64,000 nt of DNA from Escherichia phage AV116. The notes under the pieces are model-generated. The model was given only the letters and a program-made list of their open reading frames with translations. It had not been told where the DNA came from and made no database searches. Each line of letters begins with the position of its first letter. Positions within the stretch are counted from its first letter, which is position 1. Positions 9,335-18,989 of the stretch are shown in pieces. The DNA lies in the sequence record OR352946.1. One strand, written 5' to 3'. A program made the translations under genes and the position numbers.

Positions 9335-10021
9335 TTAGAAGTCGTGAGTAGAATCGGCTTCCATCGCAATAACATAACTTACTTGAGAGCTTTCAAACTT
9401 GGCTGCAACTTTATCACCAGCTCCCCACAACATTACTTTATAGTTACCTGGCTGGATTTTCATATTAGCCATATTGATTACGAAGTTAAAGTTGTTAGAA
9501 CCATCATAATCGGTAAGAGTCAAAGAATACTTAGGACGAGTTAGTCCTGAATCTTCAACTTTATTATAGCCATTGATAACAATTTTACCATCTTTATTTG
9601 TAATAGCAATTGTATCAATCTGAAGACCACGTGAAACTCGAAGCAATTGTTGAAGGTCTTCAGCTTTAATTTCAGTAATCACAGAAGCTACTGGGAATTG
9701 AATTGGCTTATTAGGAAAAACAATTGTGCTCTTGTCAGCGGCAGGCCAATAAACTGTGGAACGTGTATCTGCAATTTTAATATTGCCATCAGTGTGCATT
9801 GAAATTTCAGCATCATCAGACACTAGACTCAAAATGCTTAAGAAGCTATTCAAATCATAAAGTGCTACGTCAAAATCAATTTCATCAGAGATATTTGCTT
9901 CCGCATAAGTGGTGCCATTAACTGCACGAGTCATAATAAATTTACCTTGACTCAGCAGAATGCCAGAGTTAATAGAAGCGAAGTTTTTCAGAATATTTAC
10001 GGTTTCACGGCTAAGTTTCAT
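9335..10021 (-). CDS. 45: sliding clamp gp45
   Basis: 228 aa; position and sequence as T4 gp45. Confidence 0.9.
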   Translation of the reverse strand: MKLSRETVNILKNFASINSGILLSQGKFIMTRAVNGTTYAEANISDEIDFDVALYDLNSFLSILSLVSDDAEISMHTDGNIKIADTRSTVYWPAADKSTIVFPNKPIQFPVASVITEIKAEDLQQLLRVSRGLQIDTIAITNKDGKIVINGYNKVEDSGLTRPKYSLTLTDYDGSNNFNFVINMANMKIQPGNYKVMLWGAGDKVAAKFESSQVSYVIAMEADSTHDF

Positions 10022-10917
10022 TTAGGTTTCCTATTAGCATAATAATTTGTCCAAGTCCGGATAGCACCTTGGTATGATTCATCATTAAAACCATGCTGAA
10101 TTGCATGTTTTCTAAATGTAATATAACTTGGTTTTCCTAAAGCAATCCACAATTCCTTTAATTTTTGTTCATGAAATATCCATGTACCTCTAGCTTTAGA
10201 TTTTCTGAATTTATCCTTAAATTCTTTGGTTGCATTTCTTTTCGAAGCTGCGATAGAGGCCTTTGCTCTATTTTCAGGTTTAGACCAATACAATGTTTTA
10301 GATATTTTTATTTTATCTTTAACATTAGGAGAATTCATTATATCTTTAAATTTTAAAGCAAAATCTCTATCGTTAAACATTTTTTTAGAACGAATAGAAA
10401 CTTTCTCTCTTCGTTCTTTGGTCCAATATGTTTTTTGAAATTCTCTAATTGCGTTTAAATGATTCTCCGACAATTTGCAATTTTTTCTAACACCGACGTA
10501 ATCTTCGTTTATTTCGTTTTTAGAAAGTTTTACTATTTTGCCTGTTTTTAAATTTTTATACGGTGCATATCCTTTAGCTGATATTCTAGACTTCTCGTTA
10601 GCATAAGCCTTATTAAAATATTTTTCATTTGAAACGGCTTTAACATTGAGTTGGAATAGTCTTTCTATTCTTCTAGGGTCTAATGTGGTTTCGCCTAAAA
10701 TTTTTACAGAATATTCGCCTTGGTCTATTAATCTGTTATATAAAGGAGAATACGAGGAATTAACACTACCGGTATATATTTTACCGGTAGAATCTTCAAT
10801 AATATCCTTTCCATTAAAATGACACGAAACTTTAGAACCTATATAATAACACGGGTATTCATTTTTAATCTCACGATTATAAAAGGTTATAAGATATATT
10901 AAATTCATAATTATCAA
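10018..10917 (-). CDS. GIY-YIG family homing endonuclease (Seg-like), free-standing
   Basis: N-terminal IYLITFYN...YYIGSK (GIY-x12-YIG); lysine-rich C-terminal half; inserted between gene 45 and rpbA-like ORF. Confidence 0.7.
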   Translation of the reverse strand: MIIMNLIYLITFYNREIKNEYPCYYIGSKVSCHFNGKDIIEDSTGKIYTGSVNSSYSPLYNRLIDQGEYSVKILGETTLDPRRIERLFQLNVKAVSNEKYFNKAYANEKSRISAKGYAPYKNLKTGKIVKLSKNEINEDYVGVRKNCKLSENHLNAIREFQKTYWTKERREKVSIRSKKMFNDRDFALKFKDIMNSPNVKDKIKISKTLYWSKPENRAKASIAASKRNATKEFKDKFRKSKARGTWIFHEQKLKELWIALGKPSYITFRKHAIQHGFNDESYQGAIRTWTNYYANRKPK

Positions 10918-11330
10918 GCAACAACCATCTGCTTTTTAATAGCTTCAGGCAGTGATTCAATATATTCTGGAATTTTAGAAGCAACAATTTCGCCAGCTGC
11001 AATTAGTTGTTCGTCGGCATCAACACAGTAAAAATCTTCAAGGCGTTCAGAACCGTCTTTATCAAGAACGATTTTAGCACCTGCTTCGATAGAATCTTTA
11101 TAGTGCTTACGCATCAAATGAATCCACATATCAGACACATCGTTATCAATAAAACCATAAATCATAAAACGAGTTTCTTGTGGCAAAGATTGGAGTTTTT
11201 TAGCACTTGCGTCATCACAATGCAGGACCCATGCTTTACGAACACGATTATGGTTATGTGGGTTAGCGTCAGTACGGATAGAAGTAACTTTCAGATCAGC
11301 AGCAGTGAAACCTTTAGCAGTAGTAAACAT
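10914..11330 (-). CDS. rpbA: RpbA-like protein (assigned by position)
   Basis: 138-aa ORF in the T4 rpbA position between 45 and 46; sequence identity not verified. Confidence 0.45.
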   Translation of the reverse strand: MFTTAKGFTAADLKVTSIRTDANPHNHNRVRKAWVLHCDDASAKKLQSLPQETRFMIYGFIDNDVSDMWIHLMRKHYKDSIEAGAKIVLDKDGSERLEDFYCVDADEQLIAAGEIVASKIPEYIESLPEAIKKQMVVA

Positions 11331-11342
11331 ATTATTTCTCTC

Positions 11343-11543
11343 TTATTCGTAGAAGTCGGTAACTGTCCATGCGGAATTGCGATTAGACATTATTTTATTA
11401 TACTCATCTTTAAAAGCAGATTTGAGCATTTGTTCAGTAACAATATGTTCTTCACCTGAAAACGTATTGGTCAAAACATATTTTTTAATTTCAGGGACAA
11501 CGAGAAGATGTTGTCCAGTTGAATACTCCATGTTGTTCTCCAT
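11343..11543 (-). CDS. hypothetical protein (45.2-like position)
   Basis: 66-aa ORF between the rpbA-like ORF and gene 46. Confidence 0.45.
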   Translation of the reverse strand: MENNMEYSTGQHLLVVPEIKKYVLTNTFSGEEHIVTEQMLKSAFKDEYNKIMSNRNSAWTVTDFYE

Positions 11544-11585
11544 TTAACACGATGTGGTCATTATAACCACATCGTGTTAAAGCGT

Positions 11586-13274
11586 TTATGAAACAGTCAT
11601 TACCGTAAATCGTCCAACTTTGCTCATTTGAAGATGTTGTCCATAAGCTTGTGGGTCATGGTCTCTGTGACTAATTATAAACACGTTTGCATCGGTTAGA
11701 GAGTTAAGAATTGTTGAAATAGCTTTAATACCTTCAGAATCAGTCGCGGAATCCATGACTTCGTCCATAATTAATGTATTGATTCTAACACCAGAGACCT
11801 TTTCAGCAATATCTCGCCATGTAAACAACAACGCGATATCGATACGTGCTTTTTCACCTTGACTAAATGAAGCATAACTGAACTCTTCACGACCACGTGA
11901 TTTTATAGATTCATTGAATTCTTCGTCAATAGAAAACACGTAATCAGCTTCCATGATTTTAAGATAATGGTTAATCTGCTTGTTGAACAGAGGCACATAT
12001 TTTTTAATGATAGCACCTTTAATACCAGAATCTTTTAACATATCTGTGATAATACCACGATGGTATTTTTCAAGAACGATATCCGATTTTGTTTTAATGA
12101 TTTTATCAAGTTCTTTTTGAAGCAAAGCTATCTCATCGGCATGGTCGATAAATTCCGCTGAGGCTTGTTCTATTGCAGCTTTAACTTTCTTAGCTTTATC
12201 AATAGTGGCAATCATTGCTTGTTTCTTGGTACGAATATCAGATGCAAGGTCCTGTTTAGTCTTAACATTAGCTCTATATTCGTCCACTAGGACACTCAGA
12301 TTATCTCTGTGGCAGGTAAGTTGCTCGAATGAGTGATTACATTCATGAAGCTTATCGGTAATCTTAGAGACAATAGGATCACCCTGGTGCAACTGTGATG
12401 CGCAAGTAGGACATGTACCGCCATCATGATACATCTTAATAACTTTGTTGTATGAGTCAATTTTAGATTTAATCAAGAATGCTTCTTGTCCTATCTTGTT
12501 GAATGCCTCAGTAGGGTCTTCATCAAGAACGATATTAAGTAGTCGCTCATTAGCTTCTTCGATTTCTGCTTTTAATGAACGAGCTTCTTTAGCTAGGTCG
12601 TCATACATATTCTGTAGACGCGCTACATTATCACCAGATAATTTCTTTTGACGTTCGATATTCTCGTTATAAATCTTAATTTGTTGGATAACACCATCTT
12701 TCTTGGCATCGAGAACTTGTCCCTGGGAATTAAGTTCTCGAACTTGAGACTTATTGATTTTATCCATTTCAGCGAGTGTGCCGACTTCTAAAAGGTCTTC
12801 GACAAGTTTTCTACGAGCAGGGGTGCTAAGAGCCATGAAAGGGGTATACCCTGCCGTCCCAAGCACAACGATCTGTTTAAAAGACGCGTATGACATTCCG
12901 ATGCTACGTTCAAATTCTTCTTGGAAGTCACGACTGCTGGCAGATTCATCAAGACGAACACCGTCAACGGAGATTTCGAAAATATTGGGCTTTTGGCCAC
13001 GTTTAATGAAGTATTTTTTATCATCGAATTCCATCCAAAGCTCAACTAAGAGCTCTTTCTTGTTCGTGCTATTAATGATTTGTCCTTTCTTAACATCACG
13101 AAATGGTTTACCGAAAAGTCCGAAAGTAATGGCTTCTAACATCGTAGATTTACCACCGCCATTTTTACCAGTGATTAATGTCTTTTGAACTTTATCTAAT
13201 TGGATATCAATAGGATTCCCACCTACCGACATGATGTTTTGATAACGAACACGATTTAATTTAAATGATTTCAT
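11586..13274 (-). CDS. 46: recombination endonuclease ATPase subunit gp46 (Rad50/SbcC-like)
   Basis: 562 aa; Walker A GKNGGGKST, central coiled coil with CPTC zinc hook, C-terminal LIMDEV; T4 46-47 synteny. Confidence 0.95.
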   Translation of the reverse strand: MKSFKLNRVRYQNIMSVGGNPIDIQLDKVQKTLITGKNGGGKSTMLEAITFGLFGKPFRDVKKGQIINSTNKKELLVELWMEFDDKKYFIKRGQKPNIFEISVDGVRLDESASSRDFQEEFERSIGMSYASFKQIVVLGTAGYTPFMALSTPARRKLVEDLLEVGTLAEMDKINKSQVRELNSQGQVLDAKKDGVIQQIKIYNENIERQKKLSGDNVARLQNMYDDLAKEARSLKAEIEEANERLLNIVLDEDPTEAFNKIGQEAFLIKSKIDSYNKVIKMYHDGGTCPTCASQLHQGDPIVSKITDKLHECNHSFEQLTCHRDNLSVLVDEYRANVKTKQDLASDIRTKKQAMIATIDKAKKVKAAIEQASAEFIDHADEIALLQKELDKIIKTKSDIVLEKYHRGIITDMLKDSGIKGAIIKKYVPLFNKQINHYLKIMEADYVFSIDEEFNESIKSRGREEFSYASFSQGEKARIDIALLFTWRDIAEKVSGVRINTLIMDEVMDSATDSEGIKAISTILNSLTDANVFIISHRDHDPQAYGQHLQMSKVGRFTVMTVS

Positions 13275-13525
13275 ATGTATTCTCTTCGAATGAAGTCCTC
13301 TACATATTTTAACATGTCATCCCTATCAGCAAAATATTCATCTAGTTCTGCATACATAACAACACCTGGTGCATACTCACAGGTAACATACATTGTTCCA
13401 AAGAAACGAGGAGTTGATTCCTCGTAATTCTCAGTCCATTCAACGATACCAATATAACCGTCACCAATACTAAATTCATGACGATGGATTTCATAATCAG
13501 TCTTCGTCATTATACGCATCCTCAA
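13271..13525 (-). CDS. hypothetical protein (46.1-like position)
   Basis: 84-aa ORF between 47 and 46, translationally coupled. Confidence 0.5.
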   Translation of the reverse strand: MRMRIMTKTDYEIHRHEFSIGDGYIGIVEWTENYEESTPRFFGTMYVTCEYAPGVVMYAELDEYFADRDDMLKYVEDFIRREYI

Positions 13526-13754
13526 TACACGCTTCAGCCATTTTAAGAATAGAGCCAGGAGTATCGTTGTCCATTATATTAAAGCTAAATTCAATAGCCC
13601 AGTCGGTGCAGACATGAACTGCTTTAACTTCATTGCCTTCAACGCGTAATGGCTCAATCCAATACTTGATAGTGTTCTCGAATCCATCGTCATCTTTAAC
13701 GTCCATTTCAACTTCAAGCCTGAGTCCAGCATTGTTAAATTCATCTAAAGTCAT
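13497..13754 (-). CDS. hypothetical protein (46.2-like position)
   Basis: 85-aa acidic ORF between 47 and 46. Confidence 0.5.
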   Translation of the reverse strand: MTLDEFNNAGLRLEVEMDVKDDDGFENTIKYWIEPLRVEGNEVKAVHVCTDWAIEFSFNIMDNDTPGSILKMAEACIEDAYNDED

Positions 13755-14773
13755 TGTGTTGCCTCAATATAAAGTTCGTTGGAATATTTGACCAGCGCTT
13801 CTCTGTCTTCATCTGAGATATCTGGAATCGCGTCAATATATTCTTTAATGATATCTTGAAGTGATTTAATCTCGATTTCCTGGTCGTCATCAGATTCAAC
13901 ACTGTTATCAACTTTAGAAACCATACGAAGAGAGTGAACTACTTTTTCAAGTTCAGATTCAAACTTAGTCAACTCTGAATCAATTTCTGATACTATAACA
14001 CGTACGGCTAGATTAGTATAATCAGAATAATTGATTTTGCCTTTAAATGGATAAGTGATTCGTCGATGCCATGTTGTTTCATTAGGAATAAATTCCATAC
14101 GTTCAACATCAGTGTCAAATACCCAGAATCCGCGCGGGTCGTTCTCATCACCTGCAGTAAGGGTCCATGGTGTCCCAATATATTTGACGTTAGCAGCTTC
14201 AGAGATTGTGTGGAAGTGGCCGGACCAGACTTGTTTATAGGTCTTTAAGAAATCAGGTTCAAGCCCATGAGACTTCATTCCTTTATAGAAATAGAAGCCA
14301 TTTAATTCCCAGTGCCCAACACAATACGCTGCAGAAGAAGTCTTGATGTGCTCTAAGATTTCACCTGTATTTTCTTCACACATCCATGGAATCAAATCAA
14401 TCAAGCACCCATCAAAATCTACTGTAGTTGGCTTATCATAAATTATTACGTTTTTACGATGGCTCAATAATTCTTGAACAGTGTTAGGATATAAGGTTGT
14501 TTTATAAAAGAGATCATGATTCCCAAGTATTGTATGGACTGTTATACCAGCGGCTTCCACCAAATCAAACATTTCACGCGTGAATTCCATACAACGTTGT
14601 GTGGTGTGGGCTCTGACATCAAATGTATCACCATATTGAATCCATGTTGTTATTCCATTTGCGACGGAATAGTCGATCATTTGTCTGAAACCGTCACGTT
14701 GTATAGCTTGAATCCAATCGTCGTCTTTTTTGACGCCTAGATGCAAATCGCCTATATTAAGTATTTTCATCAC
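13751..14773 (-). CDS. 47: recombination nuclease gp47 (Mre11/SbcD-like)
   Basis: 340 aa; calcineurin-like phosphoesterase motifs (GDLHLG, GNHD, GHFH). Confidence 0.95.
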   Translation of the reverse strand: MMKILNIGDLHLGVKKDDDWIQAIQRDGFRQMIDYSVANGITTWIQYGDTFDVRAHTTQRCMEFTREMFDLVEAAGITVHTILGNHDLFYKTTLYPNTVQELLSHRKNVIIYDKPTTVDFDGCLIDLIPWMCEENTGEILEHIKTSSAAYCVGHWELNGFYFYKGMKSHGLEPDFLKTYKQVWSGHFHTISEAANVKYIGTPWTLTAGDENDPRGFWVFDTDVERMEFIPNETTWHRRITYPFKGKINYSDYTNLAVRVIVSEIDSELTKFESELEKVVHSLRMVSKVDNSVESDDDQEIEIKSLQDIIKEYIDAIPDISDEDREALVKYSNELYIEATQ

Positions 14774-15573
14774 ATACCTTTAAATTTGGAGTAAATTATA
14801 TTGTGGTACGATATATCAGGAAACCCTTTATCGACCGCAATTTTTCTAAACTTATTAGGACTTATTTTACCACACTCCATCCATAATGCAAACAACTCGT
14901 CAAAATGCTCATATGCTGGACCTCGACGAGCTTTTGACACAGCAGCACTTATGCGAGCCTTTTTCTCAGAATCAAGGTTTTTAAGAGAATTACTTATTTT
15001 ATTTTTTTGCTCTTCTGAATTGAAGGTGCCTTTTTCCCAGCCTAAAGGTTGGCTTCCTTCATGGAACATTTTTCTTGAAGTTCCATTGGTATACCATATT
15101 TTACCTTTATTGTGCCCTGATGCTTTATATTTTGGTGAGCGTCCTTTTATAAATCCTTCAGGTATAGTAGGAGCAAATGTTTGTTCAAGGGTTTCTGGGT
15201 TATACGAATGTATGTTATTTTTGGCGTTATGAGACCCATATAATGGGTGATTTTTACCAGAAACATCACGCCCAAAGAAACCAGTTGGTGATGCCAAAGA
15301 CATATTCATATACAAAGGATTTTTATGAGCTTGAACTCTAATTTGATAGTCCTTTTCCACCTTTAAAGCTTCTTCTCGTGTTGGATGTTCGCTCAAAATA
15401 CAAGAATCAAACAACGTAGGATTTTCTAAAAGTTCTTTGTTATAAATTTTACGATAGGCTTTAGATAGAATAGTACCATGATACCCGTTTAAATGTTTTT
15501 CTAAGCTAGTCGAACCTATGTAAAAAGGTGGTAGCTTATCTCCAGAATAAATTGTCAAATAGACTATAAACAT
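14770..15573 (-). CDS. GIY-YIG homing endonuclease (Seg-like), free-standing
   Basis: MFIVYLTIY...FYIGST GIY-YIG motif, NUMOD-like HPLYGSHNAKNN; start set at internal ATG 15571-15573 preceded by AAGGAGA; track ORF start (15642) lies inside a terminator hairpin. Confidence 0.75.
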   Translation of the reverse strand: MFIVYLTIYSGDKLPPFYIGSTSLEKHLNGYHGTILSKAYRKIYNKELLENPTLFDSCILSEHPTREEALKVEKDYQIRVQAHKNPLYMNMSLASPTGFFGRDVSGKNHPLYGSHNAKNNIHSYNPETLEQTFAPTIPEGFIKGRSPKYKASGHNKGKIWYTNGTSRKMFHEGSQPLGWEKGTFNSEEQKNKISNSLKNLDSEKKARISAAVSKARRGPAYEHFDELFALWMECGKISPNKFRKIAVDKGFPDISYHNIIYSKFKGM

Positions 15574-15625
15574 ATATTTCTCCTTTGATTTAAGGAGATT
15601 ATAACACGCCTTTAATGAAGCGTAA

Positions 15626-15652
15626 ACAAAAAAAGGAAGCACTAGGCTTCCT
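15626..15652 (-). terminator. rho-independent terminator (7-bp stem AGGAAGC/GCUUCCU plus U7 tract)
   Basis: Hairpin 15634..15652 followed on the minus strand by a T-run (plus 15626..15633). Confidence 0.55.
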
Positions 15653-15718
15653 TTTGATATCGCCTAAGGCTTATAGGTCCTTAGAAATCTGGATGTTCAT
15701 CTTCAACAAAGCTAGTAT

Positions 15719-15934
15719 TCATCGCTGCCACCATTTTTTAAGTTGATGTGAATCTACCCATACCTTCGCTACAGGCTCAATATTAAAAATACCATCGGAC
15801 GTACGTCCAATCATTTTGTATTCGGTTTCAGATTGCTTGATACAAATATCACCATAAGAGCGAAGTCTAAAAGCGGCTCCTACTAGAAGCCGTTTAAACT
15901 TTGTTTGAACTAGCGCCATTAATGATGTCCTCAA
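15719..15934 (-). CDS. hypothetical protein
   Basis: 71-aa ORF downstream of gene 55. Confidence 0.4.
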   Translation of the reverse strand: MRTSLMALVQTKFKRLLVGAAFRLRSYGDICIKQSETEYKMIGRTSDGIFNIEPVAKVWVDSHQLKKWWQR

Positions 15935-16217
15935 TAGCCTGACGAGTAGTAACCCACTGGATTTTAATTAACTTGTCATTATATGGTTGTCTTAGAATAT
16001 CCCGAGATTTCTTAATAGCATATTCGTAAGCTTCGAAGTTGTTTTGAATTGCTGCTTCTTGAGCATGAGCATAAAGACGGTTTAGTTCAAAACGATTCTT
16101 TTTAAGAATCTTTTCGGATTTTTTACGTGCTTCAGCTTCATTTTTCTTTTGGATTTCTTGTAGCATTTTAGCTACTGCATCTTCTGCTTCTTTATTTTCA
16201 ATAATCTCGGTAGTCAT
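15894..16217 (-). CDS. hypothetical protein
   Basis: 107-aa lysine/glutamate-rich helical ORF. Confidence 0.45.
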   Translation of the reverse strand: MTTEIIENKEAEDAVAKMLQEIQKKNEAEARKKSEKILKKNRFELNRLYAHAQEAAIQNNFEAYEYAIKKSRDILRQPYNDKLIKIQWVTTRQAIEDIINGASSNKV

Positions 16218-16218
16218 A

Positions 16219-16434
16219 TTATCTCATTAAATTAAAATAAAAACGTCCGTCCTCTTCAATACAGAACTCATACTCAACCGGAGTCCCATTTATCGAAAAT
16301 AACACGTCATGTGGGTTCAAAGGGTCGATGTCAAAATTAATTTTAAATTCACGACCCAACAGTTTTACCAAATAAGGGATTGCTTCGTCAAAAGGTTCTT
16401 CTAAGTAGTTAGAGATGTCAATTGTCATCCTCAT
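16219..16434 (-). CDS. hypothetical protein
   Basis: Track ORF 16219..16512 overlaps the gene 55 C-terminus; internal ATG start ([10 protein letters not shown]) removes most of the overlap. Confidence 0.4.
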   Translation of the reverse strand: MRMTIDISNYLEEPFDEAIPYLVKLLGREFKINFDIDPLNPHDVLFSINGTPVEYEFCIEEDGRFYFNLMR

Positions 16435-16993
16435 ATAAAAAATCCAAACTAGGCGAATCGCTAACAACTTCCTTCTTTTCAGCCCCAGGAGCTTTATAAG
16501 CGGATTCTTCATAATGCGTCATTTTATCGTAGATGTCTTGAATAAACGTTTCATCTACCAACGCTACCATATCATCGTCATGACTGTCGTAGACATTATG
16601 AACGAAGTAACTATATTTCTTTGCAACTTCCTTACGTTCTTTTTTGATACGTTGGACAAAAGCATTAAAACAAGCTCGAGTTATGTATGCATGTGGGTTA
16701 TTGTACTTAGTTTCGTCGAAATTATGAAGTCCCTTAATAGAGGCTTCAATCCCATCTGCAATCATCTCCTGCTTCCAAGACTGGGTATATCCTGAAAAGT
16801 TGAAACGTTTGGACAGGCCTTCGGCGATAAGCATAATTGCTAAACCGATGGTATCATTCTGACGAATAATTTTGTTTGGGTCTTTATTATTTAAGAGCTC
16901 CTTTTTCCACTCGATTATAGCGGCGAGAAGCTCTTTATTATTCACATAGTTATTTTTAGGTTTTTGTTCAGTCATAAGTACCTCTTGGCTCAA
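16418..16993 (-). CDS. 55: late-transcription sigma factor gp55
   Basis: Matches T4 gp55 (NYVNNKELL...[38 protein letters not shown]); true start may be the internal Met at ~16975. Confidence 0.93.
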   Translation of the reverse strand: MSQEVLMTEQKPKNNYVNNKELLAAIIEWKKELLNNKDPNKIIRQNDTIGLAIMLIAEGLSKRFNFSGYTQSWKQEMIADGIEASIKGLHNFDETKYNNPHAYITRACFNAFVQRIKKERKEVAKKYSYFVHNVYDSHDDDMVALVDETFIQDIYDKMTHYEESAYKAPGAEKKEVVSDSPSLDFLYEDDN

Positions 16994-17130
16994 TTCATAG
17001 GTCTATTATATCATAATATTTAGAGACCTATCTTAAAGCACGAGATACTATAAAAGATACATAACTTTTATAAAGTTGTCGACTTAAAATTCACCAATCT
17101 TTTCTTCAGTTATACTGATTCGAGTTAATT

Positions 17131-17358
17131 TCATTCTAGTTCCTTTGCTGCTTCAAGAGCAGCATCCAGCGAATCAAATTGGTCAACGAAATCAATATTT
17201 AACGCATCGTCAACCGTAGCATATAACCACCATTGTTTGAATTCGTATTCAAGAATAAATCCAGGACCTTCAATCTGAGGAAGACCTAGGCTATTTGTAC
17301 CAACTTCGTAACCAGCTAGACGCAGGTCATTAATCAAAGTTTCTGTTAATACGCTCAT
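17131..17358 (-). CDS. hypothetical protein
   Basis: 75-aa acidic ORF. Confidence 0.45.
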   Translation of the reverse strand: MSVLTETLINDLRLAGYEVGTNSLGLPQIEGPGFILEYEFKQWWLYATVDDALNIDFVDQFDSLDAALEAAKELE

Positions 17359-17687
17359 TTTACCGCCTTAACAATTTTCAGGTCAACGAATTTTTTCTTA
17401 CGTTGATTTTTCATACGACGGATAGTCTTTTCAGAGATTTCATGTTTCTGATAAGCTTTAGATTCGACACCAAATGCAGCAACGTCAAATTCAGAAAGAA
17501 TGTATTGCACTAGAATTTCACGAATAGAGTTACGTCCAATTTTCTGCTCATGTTTTTGCATGATTTCATAGAGACGATATTCCCAGGCGTCAAGAACTTG
17601 AGGAGTAACAATATTGCCGGATTCCAGAAGAGCAACAACTTTATCGAAAGCGAAAGAATTAACTACGTTTTTGATTTTAGTAGACAT
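17355..17687 (-). CDS. hypothetical protein
   Basis: Start set at internal ATG (MSTKIKNVV) preceded by GAGGAAAATAAT; track start 17726 lies inside the promoter repeat. Confidence 0.5.
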   Translation of the reverse strand: MSTKIKNVVNSFAFDKVVALLESGNIVTPQVLDAWEYRLYEIMQKHEQKIGRNSIREILVQYILSEFDVAAFGVESKAYQKHEISEKTIRRMKNQRKKKFVDLKIVKAVK

Positions 17688-17705
17688 ATTATTTTCCTCG
17701 GTTAT

Positions 17706-17754
17706 TTTATTATCCAATGAGAGCATTATACTCTGCTCTCAAGAGTTTGTAAAT
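17706..17754 (-). repeat. 49-bp exact repeat, copy 1 (early-type promoter with palindrome around the -10)
   Basis: Identical to 45512..45560; minus strand reads TTTACA-N17-TATAAT with GAGAGCA/TGCTCTC inverted repeat bracketing the -10. Confidence 0.7.
17725..17753 (-). promoter_or_regulatory. T4 early-type promoter (-35 TTTACA, 17-bp spacer, -10 TATAAT)
   Basis: Read directly from sequence; upstream of the ORF starting at 17687. Confidence 0.55.
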
Positions 17755-17756
17755 CG

Positions 17757-17969
17757 TTATCCGAACTTTTTAGCGCCTTTCCAGCCTTCGTACATAACTG
17801 CACAAGTCAGTAGCACAGCGTGTTGGCATTCTTTGTATTTGTAAATCCAGAACCAGCGTAAAAAGTCTTCATCCTCAACACCGTTGAGTTTCATGTTGGC
17901 GAAGAATTCAGCTCGTTCTTCGCGAAGTTTTTGAGATAACATAGATTCAGGATTCATTTTGTGTTCCAC
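17757..17969 (-). CDS. hypothetical protein
   Basis: 70-aa ORF. Confidence 0.4.
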   Translation of the reverse strand: MEHKMNPESMLSQKLREERAEFFANMKLNGVEDEDFLRWFWIYKYKECQHAVLLTCAVMYEGWKGAKKFG

Positions 17970-18181
17970 GCCCCGTTTTCATCGATGAACTTAATCCAGT
18001 CATTTACAGACCATTTAGTTGTATCACCCTTTGGATTAACATTTAAAGTATATAATCCCTGCTTAAAAAGCATTCGTTTGATATTCATAATTTCCTCAAC
18101 TGTAACGATAACATTCGTTAGCTTTACGTTTGGCTTCAGTATGAGAAGTATTATAATCATACTCTTCTTTACTGTAAACAT
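17954..18181 (-). CDS. hypothetical protein (start uncertain)
   Basis: 75-aa ORF overlapping its upstream neighbour; may start at an internal Met. Confidence 0.3.
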   Translation of the reverse strand: MFTVKKSMIIILLILKPNVKLTNVIVTVEEIMNIKRMLFKQGLYTLNVNPKGDTTKWSVNDWIKFIDENGAWNTK

Positions 18182-18416
18182 CTTTTTTCAACTTACGAAC
18201 TTCTTTGCGGAGTTGTCGATTCATTTCGTTCTTGACTTCAGAATCAACGCCTTTCATACGTTTCCATTTATCTGAGCGGAAGATGTTTTCAACCATGTCT
18301 TTGTGGCTAACACCGTCAGGAGCTTTACGTTTACCAAAATAGTCGTAATCACGAACTTTCAAATCTTTACGACGATACGTTTTACCCATAAGTACCTCAG
18401 AGGTTGATTGATACAA
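18096..18416 (-). CDS. hypothetical basic protein
   Basis: 106-aa Lys/Arg-rich ORF. Confidence 0.4.
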   Translation of the reverse strand: MYQSTSEVLMGKTYRRKDLKVRDYDYFGKRKAPDGVSHKDMVENIFRSDKWKRMKGVDSEVKNEMNRQLRKEVRKLKKDVYSKEEYDYNTSHTEAKRKANECYRYS

Positions 18417-18645
18417 TGCGTTTGATAAAATTCACTTCACTTACTGAAAGGTCTTTAAGACCGATTGATTCTAAACGCTGAATAAAAGTCAACATTGGGA
18501 TATAGTCCCATTGTGTTTTAGTCGTTTGATAAGTACGGACGCCATTAGCAATTTCAACATGCAAATCGGAAATGGTAATGAATACCGGTCGCTCGTCATT
18601 AACTTTAAGGGTTAGAACAACTTTCTTTGAATCTAAACTAATCAC
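18397..18645 (-). CDS. hypothetical protein
   Basis: 82-aa ORF. Confidence 0.4.
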   Translation of the reverse strand: MISLDSKKVVLTLKVNDERPVFITISDLHVEIANGVRTYQTTKTQWDYIPMLTFIQRLESIGLKDLSVSEVNFIKRIVSINL

Positions 18646-18944
18646 GGCTTAATTTCCTTCGCAATTGAACAGAAGATACCACGGTCACAAAGCATTTCAC
18701 CAATTTCTGGATATTTGATTGAACGGTACCAAACATCCAGGCTTGAAACTCTGGTTATCCGTACTGCATTACCGTTGACAGAATAGTACTGGTCAACCTT
18801 AATTTCTTTATCTTCAATTGTCATTTTATTTTCCTCTATAGTAGATGGTTTAATCTTAACACATCTATCGAGGATGTAAACTGTTTTATGAAAATATTTT
18901 TGATTTGAGAGGGGCACAAGGAGATAGTGAAGTGAAGATTCCAA
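18642..18944 (-). CDS. hypothetical protein
   Basis: 100-aa ORF. Confidence 0.45.
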   Translation of the reverse strand: MESSLHYLLVPLSNQKYFHKTVYILDRCVKIKPSTIEENKMTIEDKEIKVDQYYSVNGNAVRITRVSSLDVWYRSIKYPEIGEMLCDRGIFCSIAKEIKP

Positions 18945-18989
18945 TGGATTATATTAGAAATGAGATAAAGAAGACCAGGCGGCACCTGG

